Shown: piece after piece, positions 38,399 to 48,910 of the stretch
Numbering within the stretch: position 1 is the first letter of the stretch
Layout: each line of letters starts with the position of its first letter
IMG/VR virus record: IMGVR_UViG_3300050821_003315
DNA from: a virus
DNA length: 64,000 nucleotides
Reading direction: 5' to 3' (one strand)
Made by a program: the position numbers and the translations under genes
The notes under the pieces: model-generated
Database searches by the model: none
Seen by the model: only the letters and a program-made list of their open reading frames with translations
What the model was told of the DNA's origin: nothing

Positions 38399-39451
38399 TT
38401 AGAAGTCTTCGCCTGCCCACGGGTCACGCATGTTCTCTAGGGCCGCAAGCATAGCCTGAGCACCGGACATACGCGGCTTCTGGGACCGCTTCTCGCCACC
38501 GTCCATCTTGCTAATCTTCGGGCCGTAAGAACGGTCAGAGCGCTTGAAGAACTCAACCGCACGACCCTCGTCTAGGTAAGAACGAACTTCGTCGGTGTCA
38601 GCCTGGACCCACTGCGCCAGGGACTCAAGGGCACCTGCCATTGCCCGCTCCTGCATCATGGAACGAGAGCCAGCAGTTGCGTCCGGGTAAGCCGGGTCGA
38701 GAACGGGTGCAACGTCCACCAGTTCAACGGAGTGCAGAGTACGCAGCGGGTAGTTGTACTCGCTCAGGCCCCACTCGTCACCACCGGGGTAAACCCGGAA
38801 TGCGAAGGAGCTGTGGCGAACGTCTCCACGCTGAACATACTCAAGAACATCCGCCCGAGAGTTCGGCGGGATAACGTCGTACAGGAGGCCCTGTCCATCG
38901 AGGTGCAGCTCAAGGGTCCGCGCATGCGTGGTGCCCAGAAGCTGGTCGTCCTTGTGGTTGTAGCGGCAGACAACGTTCGGCCAGCCGTTAGCCTTGGACT
39001 CATCGAAAGCAGTAGAGCGAACCTGCTCGTGGAAGCCGCCCAGCTTGCGAGACATCTTGTTGAAGACGCTTGCATAACCGTAAATGTGCTTCGCGTTGGG
39101 GTCACCAAAGGCAGCAGAGCTACGGATTTCCGGGGGGAACTGAACGAAACGACGCTCAGGAGATGCCGCGTAGTCAGTGATATCGTCACCGAATAGCGAA
39201 CGCTGGTGGCCGTCAACGGTAACACCGAACTTACGGCAGGCCGCAAGAATCTTCGGCATGGCCTTCTTGCCATACTCGGATTGCGGGGCACGGGCCAGAG
39301 CGTTACGGGCGTGAGCCGCATCGTGAACCGGAAAATGCCGGTAGCCGCGAGGTGTGGTCTTCCCAGTGGAGTCCTTGCGGCCCCCTGGCTCAATGTAAGC
39401 GAAAGCGGAGTCAGGAAGGTTGTTCTCTTCCTGGGTACCAAGAACAGCCAT
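38399..39451 (-). CDS. HK97-family prohead protease with N-terminal accessory domain
   Basis: GYASVFN...YNH...GLLYD...SSFAF...ELVDVAPVLDPAYPD; N-terminal LPDSAFAY...FPVHDAAHARNALAR domain. Confidence 0.95.
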   Translation of the reverse strand: MAVLGTQEENNLPDSAFAYIEPGGRKDSTGKTTPRGYRHFPVHDAAHARNALARAPQSEYGKKAMPKILAACRKFGVTVDGHQRSLFGDDITDYAASPERRFVQFPPEIRSSAAFGDPNAKHIYGYASVFNKMSRKLGGFHEQVRSTAFDESKANGWPNVVCRYNHKDDQLLGTTHARTLELHLDGQGLLYDVIPPNSRADVLEYVQRGDVRHSSFAFRVYPGGDEWGLSEYNYPLRTLHSVELVDVAPVLDPAYPDATAGSRSMMQERAMAGALESLAQWVQADTDEVRSYLDEGRAVEFFKRSDRSYGPKISKMDGGEKRSQKPRMSGAQAMLAALENMRDPWAGEDF

Positions 39452-39552
39452 TTAACTGACCCTTTCCTTAGGCTGCCAGACAGGGTTCTGCTGACCCTCT
39501 TCATCATAATGGTAGGTTATACAAGGCCGCTGGACAATACTCATTTTACGTG

Positions 39553-41100
39553 CTATCCAATACGGTCTAGAACAAGGTCCTTGACTTTGCTCTGTTGGCG
39601 GGAAGCTACTAGCGGGTCTTGGGGAATCCAAGGCCCTACATATTCAGGGTGCTTATCCAGTATTACAGCACGTTCTGATATACGTCGTAGCTGTACTTCA
39701 GCCTCTGTGCTACCACGGTTAGTGGCACTTACCAGGCTTGCATAGTACGAACCTGCATCTTGCACCTGAGGTGGTTTTGGCTGCATAAGGTTCGGGTGCT
39801 CCTTGGCATATTGCTCAAGGCGCGTTGCCGCAATGTCCATTTCGAACTCTACGGAACTCAAGATTGACTTCGGAATGACACCTGCGCGAGCTGCCATTTC
39901 CTGCATCAAGGCGAGGGGCAGTGCCTCTTCGCCAATCTTCTTCGGAAGCGGCGGCAAGTCCATTAGCTCACGAATCTCGTCAGCCGTGCGGACACCAATC
40001 TGGCGCTCCTGAACGTACATTTCCATACGCGTCTTCGGGTCTGTGTCCAGCAACGCGTCAGTGTAGAACTTAGTGAAGCGCTTCTTGGGCAAGCAGTTGA
40101 AGAATGCGTACTCCATTCGCTTAAGCCACGGGCGCAAAGCCTCGATAATCTGCAATGCATCCTGAGACTGGCTGCTGTAATGCAGCCCGCCAGCCGGAAG
40201 TCCTCCAACACGAGCCGCAGGCACGTTGTACACAGCAGCTATTTGCGTGGCGGAAAGCTGCATGGCCTCAATGAACTGGGCTTCATTCGGCGGAACGGTA
40301 ATGGGCTTGTAGTCCCAGTCCCGGCCAACTACAAGAGGCTCACGACGACGCTGTGTACGAACAAGCTGGTCACGAACTTCATCAGCCTGGGCTTTGTCAA
40401 TCTCAATTTCAGAGTTCTTGAACACGCCCGGAGGGAAACCGCCGCCCATGAACCAGTCAGTACCATACTTTTGCGTCATCTTCCCTGTGAGGATAGTGTC
40501 CGCGAATGCACGCAAAGGAGAGATACCCTCGATACGTCCTGCGATGGGAACAGCCTTTAGATGGAACAGTTCGTGCTGCCAATTGTCAATCTGACGGCCG
40601 TAGAGGAAGACACGAGCGCGAAGAGGGTTCCAGGGCTGCTGTTCGTCATCTTCTACGTAAATGTCGTCAGGCGGAATCCATTCAATGCCTGTGGGATATT
40701 CGTAGTCATCCCTGTTCGTAATGAAGCCCCACGCGTTGCCCTGGAGCAGCAACGACACCATACAGGTAGCAATCCAGTCGAACGGAGTGCCTACTTGCGA
40801 GGGCTGGTCAAACAGGGTCGGTCCCATCCATCGGCTGTGTCGCCAGTCTCCGTTATTGTCCCGGTAGTTCTGGTACACGCGAATGGGCAGGCTGGCAGCA
40901 TTGTCAGACAGCAGCTTAATGGCAGAGTAAAGGGCCGGCAGGCCCATAGCGTCGTCTACACCATAAAACTGGCGTGTAGGGTGCACTGGGCCACCGGCGT
41001 CAAAACGCCAGTACGGATTATCCCAAGGACGCCACGGCACGCCACCAATGACGCGCTGCTCTTCGTCCCGGAAGCTCCGGAGATTTTCTAGATAGCCCAT
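39553..41100 (-). CDS. Portal protein, HK97 family
   Basis: LLLQGNAW; GISPL; EAQFIE...QIAAVYNVPA; TADEIRELMDLPPL. Confidence 0.95.
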   Translation of the reverse strand: MGYLENLRSFRDEEQRVIGGVPWRPWDNPYWRFDAGGPVHPTRQFYGVDDAMGLPALYSAIKLLSDNAASLPIRVYQNYRDNNGDWRHSRWMGPTLFDQPSQVGTPFDWIATCMVSLLLQGNAWGFITNRDDYEYPTGIEWIPPDDIYVEDDEQQPWNPLRARVFLYGRQIDNWQHELFHLKAVPIAGRIEGISPLRAFADTILTGKMTQKYGTDWFMGGGFPPGVFKNSEIEIDKAQADEVRDQLVRTQRRREPLVVGRDWDYKPITVPPNEAQFIEAMQLSATQIAAVYNVPAARVGGLPAGGLHYSSQSQDALQIIEALRPWLKRMEYAFFNCLPKKRFTKFYTDALLDTDPKTRMEMYVQERQIGVRTADEIRELMDLPPLPKKIGEEALPLALMQEMAARAGVIPKSILSSVEFEMDIAATRLEQYAKEHPNLMQPKPPQVQDAGSYYASLVSATNRGSTEAEVQLRRISERAVILDKHPEYVGPWIPQDPLVASRQQSKVKDLVLDRIG

Positions 41101-41124
41101 GCATATCAGAGTACAGGCATTTTA

Positions 41125-41460
41125 CTACTGAATAAAGGTTCCTGGGAAGGTTCCGGGAGAACTGTTAGGCGGAATTGCGTGAGGAGGGCCTGTCGGGGCT
41201 TGCAAATCAGCTTTCTTAACGCTCTTTATTCCAGCACCTTTACAAAAACCGTACGCCAAAGCAGTCCAGCAGTTAAGGCCAACTCTAGTTATCAGGCCAA
41301 TACCCCAGCCCACGGCTGTTACGGCCTTGAGAACACTTACGGATATTACGCCTGCTACCCAGCCAATTACTGACAGCGTGCCGAGCGCTGCGGTGGCGGC
41401 TACTCGCTTAGGACGAGCATGAACCACCTTGTCCTGGATTTCGGCTACTGTAGTCGTCAT
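41125..41460 (-). CDS. Hypothetical membrane protein
   Basis: Hydrophobic helices; between terminase and portal. Confidence 0.65.
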   Translation of the reverse strand: MTTTVAEIQDKVVHARPKRVAATAALGTLSVIGWVAGVISVSVLKAVTAVGWGIGLITRVGLNCWTALAYGFCKGAGIKSVKKADLQAPTGPPHAIPPNSSPGTFPGTFIQ

Positions 41461-41738
41461 TAAGCCACTGCTCCTCTCAGCGGTGCAGGCACGAACATGC
41501 CGTGATACCTCTCTACATCAGTACGCTGACTTAGCCACCACGCTCCGGCTTCTCGAATTTCGGTAGCTAGTTCTCGGTACATTTGCGCGGAATCATCATA
41601 ACCAAGTAGGACTTCAGACTGCGCAACACGCTCACAGCAAAGTGCCGCTTCGTGAGTCCGCTGCTGAAGGTACCAATGCTCGTTACCCTCCGCTGGACCT
41701 TTAACGCTTGCGTCAGAATCCATCCATAGTTGCGACAT
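41460..41738 (-). CDS. Hypothetical protein
   Basis: Translationally coupled ORF. Confidence 0.55.
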   Translation of the reverse strand: MSQLWMDSDASVKGPAEGNEHWYLQQRTHEAALCCERVAQSEVLLGYDDSAQMYRELATEIREAGAWWLSQRTDVERYHGMFVPAPLRGAVA

Positions 41739-41952
41739 GCTTTTTGTGCCCTTTCTTCATTGCCGTCAAGCATACAGCGACACTGCCTGCACTGATTAGC
41801 AAGAAGCCGTACTGATGCGTGACTATATCGTAGTACGTCCAAGGGACTTGAACGGCAATACTAAGACAGCCTGCTACACACGAATGGCCTCGCAAGGCGA
41901 ATGCCAAAATCAGTACGTTCAAGGCACCGAGGATGAAAGACCAGATAATCAT
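41713..41952 (-). CDS. Small 3-TM membrane protein
   Basis: QVPWTYY..VTHQYGFL hydrophobic pattern. Confidence 0.6.
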   Translation of the reverse strand: MIIWSFILGALNVLILAFALRGHSCVAGCLSIAVQVPWTYYDIVTHQYGFLLISAGSVAVCLTAMKKGHKKHVATMDGF

Positions 41953-43637
41953 TACGCAATTGACTTCATTACGTCGTAGCTACGGCGCTTCTGGTGCAAG
42001 CCCCATGCAGCCAAAGTTGCGGAAGTTACGGGGGAGATATCACAGTTACTGTTGGTGCGCGACCACGCTTTACCGCCGTCACCCGTTGTACGTGTGTCAG
42101 CACTGCCCATAGCTTTCCAGATAGCAGAACCATTCGGGCTATTTTCACCTAGGTGAACTATCTGCTTTTCTTTTACCGAGTTCCGGAAGTGAGCAAACGC
42201 CGCAGCTTCGTGTGTAGGTCCTGCCACCATGACTTCGATGCCGTTGGCGATGGCTTCGTCCTTGAGGTCCGCAGCGGCTCCGGTGGACGGTATGGCTATA
42301 GCCGCAGGGCGGTGAGTCTTGATTAGCTCCTTGAGCCGTGGGATAGCCCAGGCGGTCCCCTGACGGTAGCAGTCAGCGGGCATCTCGATAACCGTGACTT
42401 CCTTGCGACCGTCCTTCATGAGCCACGCTGCGGTGATTGTGGCGGCGTTACCGTCCGGCTCTACGTCCAGGCCGAACACGATAGGCTTGGTAGCTCCACC
42501 GGGGTCGGCGCAGGTACGTTCACGCCAGGAGTCTTCGCTTATCACGAGCCAGGGTGACTCGGCTACAGGCCACTCTCCGACGCCTAGTCGCTCTCGGTCA
42601 AAGCCGACAGGAGCCATGCCCTTGAATTCAACGTTGTTCGTGAAGTCGTAACTAAGTCGCTTACCGAAAGCAGGGTTAGCCTTGGCCCAGTTCCGTGGGT
42701 CATCACGGTCGTCATGCCTATTGCACACAATGTAGTGGTTAGCCTTACGGCCTCGCTGCTCATCTCGCGGGCACGTTGCAAGGTGCGGGTCAATACTCCA
42801 GTCTGCACCAAACAAAGACTTCTCGTCGTGCTCAATACGGCGGTGAATTTTAGCTAGCTGGTAGGAGTCCTTCATACCCGAAGAACCCATGTAGAACATC
42901 TGTGAGTTAGGCACCGAGGACATCGTAGGCACAGAGGCTTCTACTTGCTCTTCAGTAAGAATCATTGCCTCGTCGTATACCAGGCAGTTACAGGTAAAAC
43001 CACGGCCGGCTGAGCGAGAACGCGCCAGGAACTTCAGTTCAGGAGCAACGTCACGGTAAACATACTTCTTGTCAGACCCCATGATTAGGGAACGACGACG
43101 TATTAGCTTGATACCCTCTTCACCGTGAGAGGTTCGTACCTCTTTGACACGGCGGGAAAGGCTGGCGTTACCTTCAATCGTGCGCCGTACGCGCTCGAAA
43201 TGCACACGGGAAGTCTTGAATTCGTGAGCCGTGTGGATAATCATCTCTTCTTTAAGTACGAAGAGTCCTGCCAGCTCTCGTACTTCTAGGATGGTGCCCT
43301 TGCCATTCTGGCGTGTGCAGATAACACACGCCTCCATGGCGGCCCACTTACCGTTCGGCTTAACTCCGTTAGCCTCGGTTATACACCATTCTTGCCACTC
43401 GTCTAGTTCATACCCAATACCTCGACTCCAGTCGAGCATGTCTCGGGAAACGTATTCGCCGCACCCGATGGTTGGATAGTTAGGATTAGCACATGAGTGA
43501 CAACCATCTTGCTTAGTTCGGTGCCTAGGTGGGGCTGTCCACAATCTTGGCCGTTGCGCGCCAATAAGCTCATCGACGCCAATGGTCGTGCCATCGGGCA
43601 GTTCGATGAGCTCTTCTTCACAATAGGGGCTAGCCAC
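41952..43637 (-). CDS. terL: Terminase large subunit
   Basis: Walker A TRQNGKG; HTAHEFKTS; Walker B LVYDEA; nuclease FGLDV and DISPV. Confidence 0.96.
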   Translation of the reverse strand: MASPYCEEELIELPDGTTIGVDELIGAQRPRLWTAPPRHRTKQDGCHSCANPNYPTIGCGEYVSRDMLDWSRGIGYELDEWQEWCITEANGVKPNGKWAAMEACVICTRQNGKGTILEVRELAGLFVLKEEMIIHTAHEFKTSRVHFERVRRTIEGNASLSRRVKEVRTSHGEEGIKLIRRRSLIMGSDKKYVYRDVAPELKFLARSRSAGRGFTCNCLVYDEAMILTEEQVEASVPTMSSVPNSQMFYMGSSGMKDSYQLAKIHRRIEHDEKSLFGADWSIDPHLATCPRDEQRGRKANHYIVCNRHDDRDDPRNWAKANPAFGKRLSYDFTNNVEFKGMAPVGFDRERLGVGEWPVAESPWLVISEDSWRERTCADPGGATKPIVFGLDVEPDGNAATITAAWLMKDGRKEVTVIEMPADCYRQGTAWAIPRLKELIKTHRPAAIAIPSTGAAADLKDEAIANGIEVMVAGPTHEAAAFAHFRNSVKEKQIVHLGENSPNGSAIWKAMGSADTRTTGDGGKAWSRTNSNCDISPVTSATLAAWGLHQKRRSYDVMKSIA

Positions 43638-43646
43638 GCCCCCAGT

Positions 43647-43937
43647 TTACTTAAGGTTACGCGGAATGTCTGTACTAAAAGGGGTTTCAATACCCTCTTC
43701 GCTAACCAGCTGACCAACCATTTCGCCAGCTTCAAAGTCAGTCCAGCCAGCATCGGTCATAATGCGGGTATATGTTCCGGCCTTAGCCATGCTCTGAACT
43801 TGCTCCGGACGAGCCATGACGCGTACAACGTGAATCTTGCCATCACGAACGTACCGAATTAGCTGACGGTGAGGAAGCAAGCCCGCCGCAGGCACACGGT
43901 AGGCTTCAGTAGTAAGGGCCTTGGGAAGTTCACTCAT
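43647..43937 (-). CDS. Hypothetical protein
   Basis: Leaderless -10 TAAGCT upstream. Confidence 0.6.
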   Translation of the reverse strand: MSELPKALTTEAYRVPAAGLLPHRQLIRYVRDGKIHVVRVMARPEQVQSMAKAGTYTRIMTDAGWTDFEAGEMVGQLVSEEGIETPFSTDIPRNLK

Positions 43938-44119
43938 GCCTTGCAGCTTACCACTACTTGCGATATCGCTGGCGCAATACCCATTCCTCGAACTCCCTAA
44001 CAGCTCCGCGCGCTATAGGGTGCGCGTCTGGGTCACAGTACGAGCAACCCTCTACGCCACGCTTTGCATAGTACAACACCATTTCCCACTGTTCTTCGCT
44101 AAGAGCGTACTTGTCAGGT

Positions 44120-44416
44120 TTACGGAACATCGGGCCTCCGAAGTCGCGTTACTGTACGGCCTAGTCGCTCATCAAATCCTTCTACAGCACAGAACGTACC
44201 TTCAATAATGCGGTTGAACGCCCAGTTAGCTTCCGACTTGCACCGTTCTACGGATGGTGTCATCCCGCCATTAACTGGCTCATCGCCTTTAAGCAACTTC
44301 CAGTACCACAATTCTGGGTCAACATCGGAAGCTGCTAGCTGCCACCAGATAACTTTGTACTCGTAGTTAATGCGCCACTCTCCACTACGGCTACCTTCAG
44401 GAATACGGTAGCTCAA
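44120..44416 (-). CDS. Hypothetical protein
   Basis: RBS GGAGGAGG upstream of TTG. Confidence 0.55.
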   Translation of the reverse strand: MSYRIPEGSRSGEWRINYEYKVIWWQLAASDVDPELWYWKLLKGDEPVNGGMTPSVERCKSEANWAFNRIIEGTFCAVEGFDERLGRTVTRLRRPDVP

Positions 44417-44924
44417 GGAATTCCTCCTCCGTCATAGCACAATCAGCGTCACGGTAGCACTTAACCGTCACCCATCCGGTCTTCTGCGTTTCCATATACT
44501 CGACCTTAACGTACTTATGGAAGTGCCGCCACGTGGCCATCACGTCAGGGAAGCTCAACAACAAAATGCCGATAGTGTCTTGATACCAACCGGTTGGGCG
44601 GCGGTCTATATCCGCTAGTTCCGGTGCGGTGTTTTCTTCCTTGTTAAACTTAGTCTTAAGCTGGGCAATAGCGTGTGGTGTGCGCCCTAGTATTTCCCCC
44701 AGCAGCTTTGTGCTTTCCCCCCTGTTTTCCCTGACGAACGCAATGTCCTCAGGTGTCCAGGCCAGTCCCTTACCTCGTCTAATAGACGGTGCAATCTGCC
44801 AGCGTCTCGCTTCGATAGCGCTCTTAGTTCGCCCTAGCTTGTCGGCTAGTACAGAGGTCTCCAAGCTAGGGTTGTCTTTAATTATCTGAATTTCTTCTTC
44901 TGTCCAAGGTCTGCCTACGGGCAT
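44397..44924 (-). CDS. Tandem Myb/SANT-like HTH DNA-binding protein
   Basis: Two WT.E(E/D)I...N...L...LGRT..AI repeats. Confidence 0.75.
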   Translation of the reverse strand: MPVGRPWTEEEIQIIKDNPSLETSVLADKLGRTKSAIEARRWQIAPSIRRGKGLAWTPEDIAFVRENRGESTKLLGEILGRTPHAIAQLKTKFNKEENTAPELADIDRRPTGWYQDTIGILLLSFPDVMATWRHFHKYVKVEYMETQKTGWVTVKCYRDADCAMTEEEFLELPYS

Positions 44925-45196
44925 TAATTAATCGCCTTAATCGTAGTACGCGTACGGTGCGGAATCCTGCTGTACTGTGCAAACAAAATGATAGGGTCGT
45001 ATTGTTCAGGTATAACGCCAAACAAATGTGCGGTAAGCGTGCCCCATGAAACGATAGTTATTACGCGTCCGATAGGCTTTCGTGATGCATCATTAAATAC
45101 TTCACTCATAGTGATGTGGTCGAAAGCTTCAGCCGCTAGTACTACCAATCCAACTGCTACCCAGCCACGCCAGCCAGCCTTGCCAGGGATTTTCAT
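44924..45196 (-). CDS. Small membrane protein of actinophage type
   Basis: GWVAV...TMSE...LTAHLFGVIPEQYDP. Confidence 0.6.
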   Translation of the reverse strand: MKIPGKAGWRGWVAVGLVVLAAEAFDHITMSEVFNDASRKPIGRVITIVSWGTLTAHLFGVIPEQYDPIILFAQYSRIPHRTRTTIKAIN

Positions 45197-46035
45197 CGCA
45201 CGTGCTCCCTCATGTGCTCTAGGGCCGACATTAGCCCGGTTTCCATAAAAGCCTCTCTCCAGCCAGCATAGGTGTCTTCTGGATTGAGGCCCGTTATTTC
45301 GGTGAAAAGCTCATCAACAATCTCGCGCGGCTTAGGTGGCGTAGGCTCATACCTAATCTCAGGGCCAGTGTACTCACTCCATACACACGTCCATTGCAAG
45401 TATTCGTAGCCGAGCTGTTCACACAGCTGTTCAATCTCGTTATCAGCTTGCGTAATGGCGTCATTAAGTCCAGGAGCTTCAGGTCGGCCGTATTTAAGGT
45501 CTGAACACAGCGCCTTAATCATGTGCTCGCGCTCTATTATCAGCTTGCGGTACCTGACGTGAGGACCATCGATTACGGGTGACCCGTAAACCTCTTGATA
45601 AGTTCGCGCTTCCCACGAATCCAAGGGTTTAGCCCCGGTAGTGCGCGTACTGCCCCCAAAATACCGGGCATTCCAGGCAGGGTCAGCACACAACGGAGGA
45701 TGGAGGCCGCTGGGAACGCAGTCAGTGTCCGTCAGAGCGCTGGGATATGTCGGTATGTACTCAGGTTCGGCACTGCCAAGCGCAGTAACTTCTACTGCGC
45801 CCATGCGATGAGGTGGAATGCTGTGTAGCATTGTAATCTGCTTGTCTAGATACTCTAGGTACTCATACACGTTCTTATAAGTACTTAGCTCGTTAGACGG
45901 TACAGCGCTAGCGCGCGCCTGAAAGCTGTCCAAGGTGTTCTTGAGCGTGCGCCACACCTCTAGCCGCTTGTCGCGGAGCGCTTGTATCTCGCGGGTGCGC
46001 AGTTCGTCCCTGAGTCGGCTGCTAACGGCGTCCAT
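45193..46035 (-). CDS. Hypothetical protein
   Basis: 280-aa ORF in operon. Confidence 0.65.
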   Translation of the reverse strand: MDAVSSRLRDELRTREIQALRDKRLEVWRTLKNTLDSFQARASAVPSNELSTYKNVYEYLEYLDKQITMLHSIPPHRMGAVEVTALGSAEPEYIPTYPSALTDTDCVPSGLHPPLCADPAWNARYFGGSTRTTGAKPLDSWEARTYQEVYGSPVIDGPHVRYRKLIIEREHMIKALCSDLKYGRPEAPGLNDAITQADNEIEQLCEQLGYEYLQWTCVWSEYTGPEIRYEPTPPKPREIVDELFTEITGLNPEDTYAGWREAFMETGLMSALEHMREHVR

Positions 46036-46069
46036 GCGGAGGTTAACACTCCTTGGGCGTTGGGTATTC

Positions 46070-46348
46070 CTACGCGGCTGCCAGGGCTACGCGCACCTCT
46101 TGCCAGGGGAACTTGCCGATGTTGACGCGTTCTATGTCAGCCATCAGCTCTCGTGCGCGCTGTGGTCGGGGATGGTTGTCCGCCATCCGGTATGCTAGCT
46201 CAGGGTTGACCTCTACATGCATGCCTGTGAACTGAGGAGTAAGCGCGCCGTAGTAGCCGAAGCCGGGAACACGTCGACCCCACAGGCCAAGGCTCCAGGA
46301 CTCGTCACTGACGTTGTACTTCTGCATCATGTTAGCGGGCGTAGTCAC
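46070..46348 (-). CDS. Hypothetical protein
   Basis: RBS GGGAGG upstream. Confidence 0.6.
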   Translation of the reverse strand: MTTPANMMQKYNVSDESWSLGLWGRRVPGFGYYGALTPQFTGMHVEVNPELAYRMADNHPRPQRARELMADIERVNIGKFPWQEVRVALAAA

Positions 46349-46489
46349 TTTGCCTCCCGAATCGACTGAATCTTGTCCACGTAACCTGCACGCATCATGA
46401 TACTAGCAAGGTTACGAGCTTCTACTTCTGATGACGCCTTAACTATACTCACTATGTAGAATGTCTTTAGCGGCTCAGGTTCCGGCTTA

Positions 46490-46912
46490 CTAACGGTCAC
46501 GGTCTTCGTCATACCTGAACCGTTCCTCTCGGCGCTTGGCCATCAGGTCAGTCTCGTCCTCATCACCCAACGGTGGGTACAAGGCCCTCAACTGCATATA
46601 GCTCTGCCTTATTTCCTTGATGAACGGGGCCACGTCCCGCGCTGCTACCTCACCCATGTCTAGCTGACGAGCCATGTACAGCATCGACTGTGCTAGAGAA
46701 CCCTCGCGTACCTCAGGAGGAAACTCGTCCAGGTTTGACAGTACTGAGGTCACCATAGGGCCGCTATCAGGCGGTAGTTCCTCGGCTATCTGACCGCACT
46801 GCTGGCATACGTACATGCCCTTACGCACAGCGTACATAGGCTCTCCGGTGATGACGGGTGCGCCACACTTACCGCAAGAGCCGTCTCGCTTAGCCTCAAA
46901 CCATGAACCCAT
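46490..46912 (-). CDS. Probable terminase small subunit with N-terminal Zn ribbon
   Basis: CxxC...CxxC, then LAQSMLYMARQLD...KEIRQSYMQL...DLMAKRREER as in actinophage TerS. Confidence 0.65.
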   Translation of the reverse strand: MGSWFEAKRDGSCGKCGAPVITGEPMYAVRKGMYVCQQCGQIAEELPPDSGPMVTSVLSNLDEFPPEVREGSLAQSMLYMARQLDMGEVAARDVAPFIKEIRQSYMQLRALYPPLGDEDETDLMAKRREERFRYDEDRDR

Positions 46913-47048
46913 TTACTTCACCCGCTTCTTATGAACCTTCTCGTTAATGATAAGGCTAATAGCGGATTCAGATACTTCAAAGGCACGTGCTATCGAAGCT
47001 TGACTGTAGCCAATCTTTTTAAGCAAGCGAATGTGCTGAACATCCAGG

Positions 47049-47393
47049 TCAGAAAGCTTCTTGACGGGCACGCCTATTACCTATCTCAGTAAGGAACTCC
47101 CCAATCCAGTCTCCGGTCAAATACAGTCTAGTCCATTCAAGGTTAACGCTGCCCAAGGACGTGTAAACACGATAATCACCGTAACAGCCGTTAGGCAAGA
47201 AATCAGTAACTTTATCTGACCCTAGCTGCTCGAATACCGTCTTCTCAAAATCGCTAAACGGCACGTTCTCTAGATAACACTCAACGTAGTTGTGAGTCAT
47301 GCCTATAGCCATTCCGTCATCCCAGACAGTCTGAACGGGACGGTTAACGTTGTAGCTAACGCTCCGTGAAAGCCACTCCTGAGGGACTGACAT
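47049..47393 (-). CDS. Hypothetical protein
   Basis: RBS AGGAG upstream. Confidence 0.6.
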   Translation of the reverse strand: MSVPQEWLSRSVSYNVNRPVQTVWDDGMAIGMTHNYVECYLENVPFSDFEKTVFEQLGSDKVTDFLPNGCYGDYRVYTSLGSVNLEWTRLYLTGDWIGEFLTEIGNRRARQEAF

Positions 47394-47606
47394 ACTACTC
47401 CTAGGGAAGTGCGGACACTGTCCCCGTAAGTCTATAGCTGAGCTGGGCGTGTGCGTTCCGCGAGAATTTTCCCGAGCATGTCGTACAGCTCGAAAGCGTC
47501 AGCCTCCGTCAGGTGCCACGGGTGGTTCTGCGGGTGCCGCAGGATGACCTTGACAGGGGGGTAAATCGGCTCAGGCTCGCTCACGGTGATGGTGAACGGA
47601 TTTCCG

Positions 47607-47810
47607 TTACTTACCAACGCAGTTTTCTCCACTTCCGCAGTCAGAGCACAGCACGCCATCACCGCTCGGTGACGTTGTGAGGTATGCACCCTCATGGATG
47701 CTACCACCACAACTCTCACACGAAAGGTAGGGGTGTGCCACGCGCCAGGAACTCACAAGCTCATGGTACCCTCGGAATACCTCGCAGGCTCTAGTTGTTG
47801 GAGTAGTCAT
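47607..47810 (-). CDS. Small CxxC...CxxC protein
   Basis: LSCESC...LCSDC. Confidence 0.4.
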   Translation of the reverse strand: MTTPTTRACEVFRGYHELVSSWRVAHPYLSCESCGGSIHEGAYLTTSPSGDGVLCSDCGSGENCVGK

Positions 47811-48318
47811 GCCAGAATCTGTGCACCACCCTGCCCACTACGGTGGGGAAGACAATCCGTACGAAGCTATTAAAGTAATTGAAGCCTGGGAACTAGGCTT
47901 CTGCCTAGGCAATACGGTTAAGTATATTTCGCGGGCAGGGAAGAAAGACCCCGAGGCTGTGCTGCAAGATTTGGAGAAGGCTTCCTGGTACCTCAAACGC
48001 GAAATTGAGAATCGCAAGAAAGAACCGGAGGCTGCTATAGGTGTCAAAGACGTGGGTGTTCGCGCGGTGTATGTTCAATATAAGCCCGGAGGCGGGGACC
48101 TTTTCACAGAGAAGCTAGCGTCAATTCAAATCGCAGGCAGTGACCTCGCGCAAACAGTAGCTGACTGTGCCGCCAAGCAAATGAACCTGTCAGGAAAATA
48201 CACGCTAGTTCTTTTGCATAAAGGACGCGCTACGCCTTATGCGCCACACTCAATCATGAAGTATTCATGGGGTTATCTTGATGACGGTGCGGAACTTAAG
48301 CTGGTGAAAGATGTCTGA
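47809..48318 (+). CDS. DUF3310 (SaV / T7 gp1.7 nucleotide-kinase-like) domain protein
   Basis: VHHPAHY...EAIKVIE...FCLGNTVKYISRAGKK...DLEKASWYL. Confidence 0.9.
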   Translation: MPESVHHPAHYGGEDNPYEAIKVIEAWELGFCLGNTVKYISRAGKKDPEAVLQDLEKASWYLKREIENRKKEPEAAIGVKDVGVRAVYVQYKPGGGDLFTEKLASIQIAGSDLAQTVADCAAKQMNLSGKYTLVLLHKGRATPYAPHSIMKYSWGYLDDGAELKLVKDV

Positions 48319-48907
48319 TTACGTAACTCACGATTCTGGCTCCATGAGCGAGTATGAAGATGGCATGCGCCGAGACGACACCACAGGCAAGCCGATGTTC
48401 TCGCTTATGTTCCCCAAGGGTGTTCCCTACGAGGAACAAATGATTACGCGCTTGGCAGCGCTGTATGCTCGCGGAGCAGAGAAATACGGAGCCAGGAACC
48501 ACGAGAAGTCTTCTACTGAAGAATCCCTGGCACATCACGAGGATGCATTCCTTCGTCACGTTTTTAAGTTCCTCACGGGGGTAGAAGATGGTGAGGACCA
48601 TGGCGCAGCAGTGCTGTGGAATGCAATTGCCATTGATTTGACGCGGCGTAATATCAAGGCAAAGCAAGAACAACACGCTGCATCCCAAGAGTTTCCGCTG
48701 TCAGATAGTGACACGGTAGAAGAAGCCTACAAAAAGATGGTGGACGCCTATGCAGCACAATCCGGTATAGCTACGGGACTCCTAGCCCCTTCGCTGCACG
48801 ATTGGTGGTTCAATCCTAGTACGGGTCACTGGGAGCGCGTAAGGCATAAGGCTTTCTGTGCATCAAAAAATAACTACAAGTCAGCAACGTGTGACTGTAA
48901 GGAGTGA
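48311..48907 (+). CDS. dATP/dGTP diphosphohydrolase-like (DUF5664) protein
   Basis: GMRRDDTTGKP...GAEKYGARN...AFLRH...EDHGAAVLWN. Confidence 0.8.
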   Translation: MSDYVTHDSGSMSEYEDGMRRDDTTGKPMFSLMFPKGVPYEEQMITRLAALYARGAEKYGARNHEKSSTEESLAHHEDAFLRHVFKFLTGVEDGEDHGAAVLWNAIAIDLTRRNIKAKQEQHAASQEFPLSDSDTVEEAYKKMVDAYAAQSGIATGLLAPSLHDWWFNPSTGHWERVRHKAFCASKNNYKSATCDCKE

Positions 48908-48910
48908 GTC

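Noticed and set aside
41952-43637. Intein or intron in terminase
   Set aside because: Normal length, continuous frame, no intein terminal motifs.
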